Origin: Eubacterium sp.
Lineage (GTDB): Bacteria > Bacillota > Clostridia > Lachnospirales > Lachnospiraceae
Assembly: GCA_017619835.1 (NCBI GenBank)
Contig: JAFZRN010000008.1
Coordinates: 25,490 to 89,489, forward strand
Direction: 5' to 3'
DNA: 64,000 nt
Every line of letters starts with the position of its first letter. Position 1 is the stretch's first letter. The translations under genes were made by a program, and so were the position numbers. The notes beneath the pieces were generated by a model. The model saw only the letters and a program-made list of their open reading frames with translations. It made no database searches and was not told the DNA's origin. This document shows, piece by piece, positions 1 through 7,012 of the stretch.

Positions 1-1940
1 TACGAGTTTGAAGAATTATCGACATTGATAATATTGGAATCATTACCGGTGACTTCATGTTCTCTTTCGGGAATACTATAATCAGTTCCTTCATATAAGT
101 ATTGATATCCCATCAGTTCGTTGGATCTTAAATTGACTGAATCATAATATGTTATAAAGGAACCGTGATATATTGAATTATATAACAATGATATGGATTG
201 ATGAAATCCGATTATAAATACAATGCAGATAAGCAGGTGGAAAGTATGTTTATTAATACTTAAAGCAAGGTTGTTTAGTATTAGCACTGATGCAACCGAG
301 AGAAGAACAACAGTAGTGGAAATAAACCTGTATGGAAATTGTATTGTTGAAATAAATCCTGATAATTTCGGTAACAAATCATGGAGTTTATTATATGGAA
401 AATAAATAGAGCATAGAAATGCTGATAAGCAGCCTAATAATGTACATATTTTAATTGTTCGGGTGTTTTTGGAATTCATTTTGTTTCTGAAGCATAAAAA
501 CAGGATAAGTATAGTAACCAAACCATTTCCGATAGAAAGAGGCATGCGTTCGGTTAATCCGGTATTATATGCAAAATTAAAGTTGGTTGAGGGACCGGCT
601 ATCTGAGCAAACAATTCTGATATAGAAGCACCATACCATTGTATTTCATAATTCCAGGAGGAGTCCGAATACACGATTAACGGCTCTCTTGAAAAACGTA
701 AAAACGGAATTAAGAACCATACAGATAATAAAACAGAGGAAACTGCTATCTTGGCTATGTAGATTAATCTCTTCCTGCATATCAGTTTTTTGTAATTTAC
801 GATAAGGTAGATTATGATGAAAATTGAAGACATGATACAGGATAAGATATGGGTCTGAAGTAAGCCGGCAAAACCTAAAGAAGGTAAAAGAATTCTTTTA
901 CCATATTCGGGAGTATCATTTTCTTCAAACATATAATAAAATGCAAGAATGATAAGCGGGAAAAAGAGAAATGCCGAATATTCACCCATGGCAGAACGAA
1001 TATATATACAGCACAGACGATATGGAGCGCATGTATATAAAAAGCTGACCAAAACCGAATTTAATCTGTTTTTTGATATTTTGTTAAATGCATAGTATGA
1101 ACTGAATGCGGTTCCCAGATTGATAAGGATAATGTATAGCTTATAACATGTTATCAAAGGAAAGCCAAGCAGTCTTAAGATGGCTGAAGGCAGGAGAATC
1201 ATATCTCCGTACATGGCAGATACAGCATATCCCCATCCATAGCACCAGTTTGTCTGTACTTTGTCGGGGAAAGATCCGTTTATCAGAGCTTCTTTTAACC
1301 CTTCTATCCTAAGCAAATGGTAGTTAAGGTCATGTCCGTTTATAAGATAACTGTTAAACAGCCCTATGGATGCCAGAAAAGCAATGAGGATGACTAATCC
1401 GTACGGGAAAGAACGTGGTGATACTTTATCACGTTTGAAATAGATTACTATAATGATAATAATGAAAATGAAAATAAAAGCGAGTTTTGAAATCTGATAT
1501 GTTTTTGATATAGATGAGGTTGATAAAACGATAGAATCTATTTTATAATCAGACGTATCGGAATATGTGGATATATTTATCTGGTCACATTTATCACTGA
1601 TCCAGATTGAAAACTCACCTGAGTTTTCGTTGCAGGATAATGTGGGATTGTCGGATAATAAGAATCTGCCCAGTCCCCAGTTTGTAGAAACACTAGTTCT
1701 TACATCACTTGAAGACTGGTATTTGATTGTAATATCATAAACGCCGTTTGGAACAGGTATCTGATTGATACTATAGCTTGAATCGTCCGGATTGAATGTT
1801 AAAGAATCACTTAAATAAGTGTTATTTACCGGCTCTGTTCTGCATATCTTAACAATAAAAAAAATAAAGATAGATAATAAACACAAAGCAGACAGAATTA
1901 TTATTCGATTTGATTTATTGGAAGAGCCGCCGAATAACAT
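1..1940 (-). CDS. Multi-pass membrane protein, candidate GT-C/YfhO-like fold. The N-terminus is in the window and the rest continues past the window start.
   Basis: Not in the supplied ORF track because there is no stop inside the window. Manual reverse-strand translation from ATG 1940-1938 (GGGAG 6 nt upstream) stays open to position 1: MLFGGSSNKSNRIIILSALCLLSIF... It shows one N-terminal TM helix, an extracytoplasmic segment of about 130 aa, then many hydrophobic helices. The motif HDLNYHLLRIEGLKEAL..NWCYGWGY resembles GT-C/YfhO-type membrane proteins. Confidence 0.6.
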   Translation of the reverse strand, partial: MLFGGSSNKSNRIIILSALCLLSIFIFFIVKICRTEPVNNTYLSDSLTFNPDDSSYSINQIPVPNGVYDITIKYQSSSDVRTSVSTNWGLGRFLLSDNPTLSCNENSGEFSIWISDKCDQINISTYSDTSDYKIDSIVLSTSSISKTYQISKLAFIFIFIIIIIVIYFKRDKVSPRSFPYGLVILIAFLASIGLFNSYLINGHDLNYHLLRIEGLKEALINGSFPDKVQTNWCYGWGYAVSAMYGDMILLPSAILRLLGFPLITCYKLYIILINLGTAFSSYYAFNKISKNRLNSVLVSFLYTCAPYRLCCIYIRSAMGEYSAFLFFPLIILAFYYMFEENDTPEYGKRILLPSLGFAGLLQTHILSCIMSSIFIIIYLIVNYKKLICRKRLIYIAKIAVSSVLLSVWFLIPFLRFSREPLIVYSDSSWNYEIQWYGASISELFAQIAGPSTNFNFAYNTGLTERMPLSIGNGLVTILILFLCFRNKMNSKNTRTIKICTLLGCLSAFLCSIYFPYNKLHDLLPKLSGFISTIQFPYRFISTTVVLLSVASVLILNNLALSINKHTFHLLICIVFIIGFHQSISLLYNSIYHGSFITYYDSVNLRSNELMGYQYLYEGTDYSIPEREHEVTGNDSNIINVDNSSNS

Positions 1941-1952
1941 AGTTTACTCCCA

Positions 1953-1978
1953 TGTAACAACTATGATAGAGTGTTACA
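1953..1978. promoter_or_regulatory. Inverted repeat TGTAACA-N12-TGTTACA in the divergent region between the membrane-protein gene and the asparaginase gene
   Basis: Perfect 7-nt arms at 1953-1959 and 1972-1978. The repeat sits immediately upstream of the GGGAG SD of the minus-strand gene. Confidence 0.25.
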
Positions 1979-2068
1979 ATATATACATATATGTAGGATC
2001 TTTAATCCAAATATCATAATATTACAAATAGTAATAGTAGTCAACTTAGCTGTGGGAAAGAGGTAGTA

Positions 2069-3037
2069 TTGATAATGAGTATTCTGGTTGTTACGACCGG
2101 CGGTACGATATGCAGTCTTGCATCGGCCGAGACCGGCAACAAAAATGATATAAAGACGGGAGCGGTCCTCCCGCAGATCCTCGATGAAGTGAAACGTCGT
2201 CTTGCCGGAGATTACGGCATGACCGGGATTGCTTTTGAGGTGGAAAGCCCGATCAACACTCTGAGTGAAAATATGACCATAGAACTCTGGAATGAACTCA
2301 TCGGATACTTCAGGGATAAGGATATTTCGGGATATGAAGGCCTCATCGTTATGCATGGTACCGATACGCTTCATATGACAGCGCCGCTTCTTTCGATTGC
2401 ATTGGGTGGCATCGGAGTTCCGGTGATTCTGGTTTCGGGACACAGGATAATAACCGACCCCGAAAGCAACGCATTTGATAACTTTACGAATGCGGTGAGA
2501 ATGATAGATAAGCTTTCCGGCGAGGATATGGCCGGTAAGGAAAATGTCTTCGTAGTATACAGAAATATGAATATGGTCTCTTATGTTCATACGGGAGAAG
2601 CTCTGGAGGAGTGCGGTGACTATTCCGAAGAGTTCTTCAGTAAGGGAATGTGTGAGCTTGAGAAGTGGATGAAAGAGTATTCACCTATAGAGTTATGTAA
2701 ACCAATGAGCCTGGATGATCTTACTCTTAAAGACGATGTCCTTTTGATAAAGCCTTATGTCGGGATAAACTATTCGAGATATTCACTTGACGGTGTTAGA
2801 GCGGTTCTTCATCTCATGTATCACAGCAGTACTTTAAATGCTGTGGGGAAGTCACCGTCATCGGCACTCTATATGCTGGAATGCTGTAAAGAGGCGGGAA
2901 TTCCGATGTATATATTTCCATGCGATGAGAATTCCTACAGATACGTGACCACGAAGACCCTTTTGGAAGCCGGAGCCCTTCCGCTTACCGGAGGCACCTG
3001 GAACTACACCTACACAAAACTTTTACTAATGAGGTAA
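2069..3037 (+). CDS. L-asparaginase family protein (type I-like)
   Basis: Has VVTTGGTI (Thr nucleophile motif) and MHGTDTL motifs. The track start at 2069 is TTG; ATG at 2075 is an alternative start. Confidence 0.85.
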   Translation: MIMSILVVTTGGTICSLASAETGNKNDIKTGAVLPQILDEVKRRLAGDYGMTGIAFEVESPINTLSENMTIELWNELIGYFRDKDISGYEGLIVMHGTDTLHMTAPLLSIALGGIGVPVILVSGHRIITDPESNAFDNFTNAVRMIDKLSGEDMAGKENVFVVYRNMNMVSYVHTGEALEECGDYSEEFFSKGMCELEKWMKEYSPIELCKPMSLDDLTLKDDVLLIKPYVGINYSRYSLDGVRAVLHLMYHSSTLNAVGKSPSSALYMLECCKEAGIPMYIFPCDENSYRYVTTKTLLEAGALPLTGGTWNYTYTKLLLMR

Positions 3038-3039
3038 AA

Positions 3040-3555
3040 ATGATAAACATAGTACTGCATGAACCCGAGATTCCACAGAATACGGGTAATATAGGAAGGA
3101 CCTGCGTGATAACAGGTTCGAAACTTCATCTGATAAGACCGCTTGGGTTCAGGATAAACGAAAAGACCGTAAAAAGAGCCGGACTTGATTACTGGCCGAA
3201 GCTGGATGTGACCGAGCATGACAATATTGAAGCTTTTTACAGATATGTAGATGAGGGGATGCCCCAGGAAGGTTCAAGAAAGCCGAAAATATTCTATGCC
3301 ACAACAAAGGGTAAGAATCGATATACGGATGTTGAATTCCATGATGGAGATTACATCATGTTCGGACGAGAGAGTGCCGGTATTCCGGAAGAGATATTGG
3401 TGCAGCATCCGGATGAATTGATAAGGATTCCGATGATGCCGGAGGAAAGATCGCTTAATCTTGCGAACAGTGTTGCGATAGTTCTATATGAAGCGCTCCG
3501 TCAGTTAAATTTTCCGGGCCTTGAGAGCGAAGGAGAGATGCACCATCTGAAATAG
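3040..3555 (+). CDS. trmL: tRNA (cytidine/uridine-34 2'-O)-methyltransferase TrmL (SpoU/TrmH family)
   Basis: N-terminus MINIVLHEPEIPQNTGNIGRTC...LHLIRPLGF is the TrmL signature. Length is about 170 aa. Confidence 0.9.
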   Translation: MINIVLHEPEIPQNTGNIGRTCVITGSKLHLIRPLGFRINEKTVKRAGLDYWPKLDVTEHDNIEAFYRYVDEGMPQEGSRKPKIFYATTKGKNRYTDVEFHDGDYIMFGRESAGIPEEILVQHPDELIRIPMMPEERSLNLANSVAIVLYEALRQLNFPGLESEGEMHHLK

Positions 3556-3582
3556 GAGCTCCATCTCCGAGTTGTGTAAAAT

Positions 3583-3617
3583 AAAAAAATTCCTCGATTG
3601 CTCGAGGAATTTTTTTT
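3583..3617. terminator. Bidirectional rho-independent terminator between trmL (+) and the DUF5684 gene (-)
   Basis: Stem TTCCTCGA/TCGAGGAA with loop TTGC. Flanked by an A7 run on the left and a T8 run on the right. Confidence 0.75.
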
Positions 3618-3624
3618 ATATCTC

Positions 3625-3999
3625 TTACTGAGGTCCAACATACTGTGCACTGCCGAAGGCAAGTACAAGATATCCGACTATCGGAATCAGGATCAGAAGT
3701 GCGATCATTCCGCCGCCACATCCGAATGCAGCTGAAAGCTTGATAGCCAGAAGAATAAGATAAATGAGTGAACCTACACAAGGAATGAGGATAAGCAGGA
3801 AAAGCCATCCATTACCTGTAGCGATCTTTGTGATCCAGTAGATATTAAGGAAAGGAACCCATGCATACCATGAGGTAACGCCTGCCTTCTCAAATATCTT
3901 CATATATGCAATAGCTGATATCACATATGATACAAGGAAAGAACCGATGTACATAGGCATCATCTGTGCATACATATCCATGATTTGCTGTTGATCCAT
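3625..3999 (-). CDS. DUF5684-like small membrane protein (paralog 1)
   Basis: Motif YMKIFEKAGVTSWYAWVPFLNIYW and C-terminal GFGSAQY, with 3-4 TM helices. Start moved to ATG 3999 (MDQQQ), which has a GGGGG SD; the track start at 4047 is an upstream extension. Confidence 0.7.
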   Translation of the reverse strand: MDQQQIMDMYAQMMPMYIGSFLVSYVISAIAYMKIFEKAGVTSWYAWVPFLNIYWITKIATGNGWLFLLILIPCVGSLIYLILLAIKLSAAFGCGGGMIALLILIPIVGYLVLAFGSAQYVGPQ

Positions 4000-4080
4000 A
4001 ATAGAACCCCCTTTGGAAAAATTTATGTTGGTGTAATCACACACCACTCAATAATGTTACTCTTAAGAAACGGTTAAAGG

Positions 4081-4102
4081 TATTGTCATTAAAATGACTA
4101 CA
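4081..4102 (-). promoter_or_regulatory. Degenerate copy of the TATAGTCA-N6-TGACTATA palindrome, upstream of DUF5684 paralog 1
   Basis: Reads TATTGTCA-ttaaaa-TGACTACA, with one mismatch per arm. Lies between the HTH gene stop (4107) and the DUF5684 start (3999). Confidence 0.35.
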
Positions 4103-4106
4103 TTCG

Positions 4107-4325
4107 CTATAAAAGCTGATCGTTTTCATTGGGGGTATATTCAGCAATATCTGATATATTACATTTTAAAATGATACAGAGGTCATTTATGGTTGTGGTA
4201 TTAAGCGGTTTGTTTTTTCGCAACTTATCGATAGTGGCACTAGATATATGGTGCTTGGTAATTAATGTGTAGGTTGTTTCTTTTGATTTCTGTAATGTAT
4301 CCCAAAATGGATTGTAACTAATCAT
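4107..4325 (-). CDS. Small XRE-family HTH transcriptional regulator (YozG/COG3655-like)
   Basis: 72 aa. ...TYTLITKHHISSATIDKLRKNKPLNTTTINDLCIILKCNISDIAEY matches the short HTH pattern of YozG-type regulators. Confidence 0.8.
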   Translation of the reverse strand: MISYNPFWDTLQKSKETTYTLITKHHISSATIDKLRKNKPLNTTTINDLCIILKCNISDIAEYTPNENDQLL

Positions 4326-4377
4326 GATCTACCTCCATACGATATATATACCAATATAAAATATGAAAGGTTTTATT

Positions 4378-4406
4378 ATTATAGTCACAAAAACGACTAT
4401 ACATTT
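4378..4406 (-). promoter_or_regulatory. Promoter of the HTH gene with embedded palindromic operator
   Basis: The minus strand reads AAATGT-[ATAGTCGTTTTTGTGAC]-TATAAT. The palindrome TATAGTC-N8-GACTATA is at 4380-4401. The -35 is weak and the -10 is consensus. Confidence 0.5.
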
Positions 4407-4457
4407 TCATTTTATATATTTGGTTGTAAGTCAAATATATAGTTATAAAAGTTATAC

Positions 4458-4486
4458 TTGCATATAGTCACGAAAATGACTATAAT
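4458..4486 (+). promoter_or_regulatory. Near-consensus sigma-A promoter with embedded palindromic operator, reading into the Zn-ribbon/DUF4190 gene and lgt
   Basis: TTGCAT (4458-4463), 17-nt spacer, TATAAT (4481-4486). The spacer and -10 carry the perfect palindrome TATAGTCA-cgaaaa-TGACTATA (4463-4484). Confidence 0.7.
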
Positions 4487-4510
4487 AAAATAAAATTATT
4501 GAGAGGAGGT

Positions 4511-4957
4511 ATGGCAAGGGTCTGCTCATAATGTGGATCAGAATTAACTGATGGGGCTCAATTCTGTAATGTTTGCGGTCATAAAATTCTATCATTGGAC
4601 AAACAACCAGTTTATGAGTCAAAACAAAATAGAATGGAGGTTTATTCTATGGAACAATATTCAAATCAGCCTTCTGGCACACCAGGGAAGGGATTAGCAG
4701 TAGCGAGTCTTGTACTTGGTATATTATCACTGGTCTTTGTATTTACAGGAGGTCTAGCTCTTGTAGGTACTATTGTTGGAATCATAGGAATCATCTTGGC
4801 TGCTGTTGGTAAAAGCAAAGGTTATTCCGGAGGAATGGCAACTGCCGGATTAGTAATGAGTATAATAGGTGTTGCATTTACACTTATTACATTCCTTGCT
4901 TGTGTTGCATGCGTTGGTTCATTAGGAGCACTTGGAGAAGCTGCCGGATTATTATGA
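4511..4957 (+). pseudogene. Zinc-ribbon plus DUF4190 membrane protein gene interrupted by an in-frame TAA at 4529-4531
   Basis: GAGAGGAGG SD, then ATG 4511: MARVCS*CGSELTDGAQFCNVCGHKI..., which is a CxxC-N10-CxxC ribbon with the stop inside the first knuckle. It is in the same frame as track ORF 4595..4957 (TTG start). The C-terminal GLAVASLVLGILSLVF... is DUF4190-like. An internal GGAGG plus ATG at 4649 could express the membrane part alone. Confidence 0.55.
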
Positions 4958-5748
4958 AACCTTTTCTGAGTATTTGCGGAAGAACATTTCCATCATATGG
5001 AATAGTGGGAATGATAGGTTTTATTTTTTCTGTTGGAGTTGTAATTGTTCTTTCAAGAAAATATAGGATATCATTTTCAGATTCTTTTTATATTTTTATC
5101 CTTGGAATTTTAGGCCTGTTTTTAGGGGCAAAATTACTATATCTGATTACCGTTCTTCCGGGTTTTATACGCGAGTTTAAATATATATTTACATATAAAG
5201 ATTTATTTGTATTAAAGTATTTCTCAAGTGGTATGGTCTTTTATGGCGGAATGTTCGGATGCATCTTGGCGTCATTTTGGGCATTTAGACTATTTATGAA
5301 AAATGAGAAAAAATATTATCCGATTCTCCTTCCTGCATATATATGCTTTGCGGGATTTGGGAGAATCGGATGTTTTCTAACCGGATGTTGCTATGGAAAG
5401 GAAACAAATAGTTTCTTAGGAGTGGTATTCAAAGAATCATTAGTAGCTCCATCTGGAATAAGGTTAATCCCCACTCAATTAATCGAAGCTTTGTTTGATT
5501 TTGGACTTGTAATAGTATTCATATTACTATCAAAGTATAAGACAATAAGAGAAAACATGTTGAGAATTTATCTCGTTATATATGCGGTTTTTAGATTTTT
5601 TTTAGAGTATTATAGAGGGGATGAACAGCGAGGTATCATATTGTTTTTTTCTACATCACAATGGATCAGTATAATTATCATTCTGTTAATTATTTTCATT
5701 TATATATTTGGAAATGGAAAGAGTGAAATTGAAGAGAATATTGATTAA
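4954..5748 (+). CDS. lgt: Prolipoprotein diacylglyceryl transferase
   Basis: Motifs FGRIGCFLTGCCYGKET, PTQLIEALFDF and YAVFRFFLEYYRGDEQRG. ATG 4954 overlaps the upstream stop (ATGA). The track start at 4900 is an extension. Confidence 0.85.
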   Translation: MKPFLSICGRTFPSYGIVGMIGFIFSVGVVIVLSRKYRISFSDSFYIFILGILGLFLGAKLLYLITVLPGFIREFKYIFTYKDLFVLKYFSSGMVFYGGMFGCILASFWAFRLFMKNEKKYYPILLPAYICFAGFGRIGCFLTGCCYGKETNSFLGVVFKESLVAPSGIRLIPTQLIEALFDFGLVIVFILLSKYKTIRENMLRIYLVIYAVFRFFLEYYRGDEQRGIILFFSTSQWISIIIILLIIFIYIFGNGKSEIEENID

Positions 5749-5783
5749 ATCAAAAAAAGACCCTCAAATGGCCTTTTTTTGAT
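5749..5783. terminator. AT-rich hairpin between lgt (+) and DUF5684 paralog 2 (-); possible bidirectional terminator
   Basis: ATCAAAAAAAG...CTTTTTTTGAT gives 11-bp arms plus an inner CC/GG pair. The stem is almost all A/T, so stability is low. Confidence 0.35.
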
Positions 5784-5795
5784 TTACAAGAAAAA

Positions 5796-6248
5796 CTAAG
5801 CATTAGTTGAATTATATTTGGGTTGTCCAAAACCAATAATCATATATGCTATACAAGGACAGAAAATCATTAAGGCAAGCATCGCTTTTGTTAGTGAAAA
5901 TGCCTTTGTGAAATAAATGGCAAGAAGAATTTTATAAATAATATATGCGTTATACATGGATACATCAAATAAAAATATTAAGAAGCTCCAAAATATTTGA
6001 GAATAGATGTCTATGTCATAATTATAAAAGTAAATATATAAATATATGATCAATATAATAGCGTTTGAACATTTATACAATAAATACAAAAAATATATAC
6101 CAGTGGATGCAGTAGATGTCTTAACTGCCCAATATTCATTAAAACAAGGAATCCAAGCATACCAGGAAGGGACTCCTGCTTTTTGGAACATTTCCATATA
6201 ACCAATGCAAGTAAAAATATAAAACAAAAAAGTAATAAAAATATACAT
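5796..6248 (-). CDS. DUF5684-like small membrane protein (paralog 2)
   Basis: YMEMFQKAGVPSWYAWIPCFNEYW and C-terminal GFGQPKY align with the 3625..3999 product. There is no clear SD at 6248. Confidence 0.65.
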   Translation of the reverse strand: MYIFITFLFYIFTCIGYMEMFQKAGVPSWYAWIPCFNEYWAVKTSTASTGIYFLYLLYKCSNAIILIIYLYIYFYNYDIDIYSQIFWSFLIFLFDVSMYNAYIIYKILLAIYFTKAFSLTKAMLALMIFCPCIAYMIIGFGQPKYNSTNA

Positions 6249-6292
6249 ATTCGGTACTTTTAAATTCAGATACAGTTAATGATATCTATTAC

Positions 6293-6321
6293 ATTATAGT
6301 CATTTATAAGACTATAGTCAA
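6293..6321 (-). promoter_or_regulatory. Near-consensus sigma-A promoter with embedded palindromic operator, reading into DUF5684 paralog 2
   Basis: The minus strand reads TTGACT-[ATAGTCTTATAAATGAC]-TATAAT. The palindrome TATAGTC-N8-GACTATA is at 6295-6316. Confidence 0.7.
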
Positions 6322-6373
6322 ATAAATAACGGTTCATTGATTTTTTTTAGTTATAAATATTTCTTCTCGCGTA

Positions 6374-7012
6374 TTACTGTATATGTTTATAATAGAATAT
6401 GGCAAGATTAGTTCTATCCCTGATATCCAACTTACTGAGAACTGTACTGATATAATTACGGACAGTGCCCTCGGAAAGAAAAAGCTTTTCCGCTATTTCC
6501 TTATTTGACAGCCCATCAGCAACGCATTTGACTATTTCGGATTCTTGAGAAGTTAATCCCAAGTATGTGAAATCAGAAATAGAAGTAACAGTTTCGTTTT
6601 CTTTAAGCAAAAGCTCCGGCAGCTTCTCTGTTACTTCGTTTCCGAAAACGGTCTGGCCTCCGTAAACGGTCTTGAGCGCGGGAACGATGGATTCGAAGTC
6701 CTGCTTGATTATATAACCCTTTGCTCCCATGGAAAGAGCCTTTACGATATACTCATTATCATTAAAGGTTGTAAGATACAGGATCTTTGCATCCTTATAT
6801 TTCGAAAGAATGATCTCTCCGGCCTCGAGTCCTGTCATGCCGCTCATCCTGATATCCATAAGAAGGATATCGGGCTTATGGGCCTCATAAAGCTCGGTTG
6901 CTTCTTCGCCCGAAAAACCGGTGGCAAGAACTTCGATATCCGGGTCGGCCTCGACTATTGTCCTAAGTGAAACCGCCACGAGCTTATCATCATCAACAAT
7001 AACTACCTTCAT
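6374..7012 (-). CDS. NarL/LuxR-family response regulator (REC plus LuxR HTH)
   Basis: MKVVIVDDD...DILLMDIRMSGMTGLEA marks the receiver domain. C-terminal LTSQESEIVKCVADGLSNKEIAEKLFLSEGTVRNY is a LuxR-type HTH. Confidence 0.9.
   Translation of the reverse strand: MKVVIVDDDKLVAVSLRTIVEADPDIEVLATGFSGEEATELYEAHKPDILLMDIRMSGMTGLEAGEIILSKYKDAKILYLTTFNDNEYIVKALSMGAKGYIIKQDFESIVPALKTVYGGQTVFGNEVTEKLPELLLKENETVTSISDFTYLGLTSQESEIVKCVADGLSNKEIAEKLFLSEGTVRNYISTVLSKLDIRDRTNLAIFYYKHIQ

Noticed and set aside
2069-2081. The 13-mer TTGATAATGAGTA shared by the starts of the asparaginase gene (2069) and the LCP gene (22586)
   Set aside because: Exact 13-mers are expected by chance in a 64-kb AT-biased window. 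The flanking sequence is unrelated.
1961-2590. 209-aa minus-strand ORF
   Set aside because: It lies antisense within the well-supported asparaginase gene and has no recognisable motifs. The same reasoning applies to the other long antisense ORFs: 7202..7768, 16542..17117, 25508..26164, 29253..29762, 49871..50464, 52321..52776, 52849..53253 and 53916..54410.
4363-4470. 35-codon ATG ORF in the HTH / zinc-ribbon intergenic region
   Set aside because: It has no SD and runs through both operator palindromes. Its composition is simply that of the AT-rich promoter DNA.
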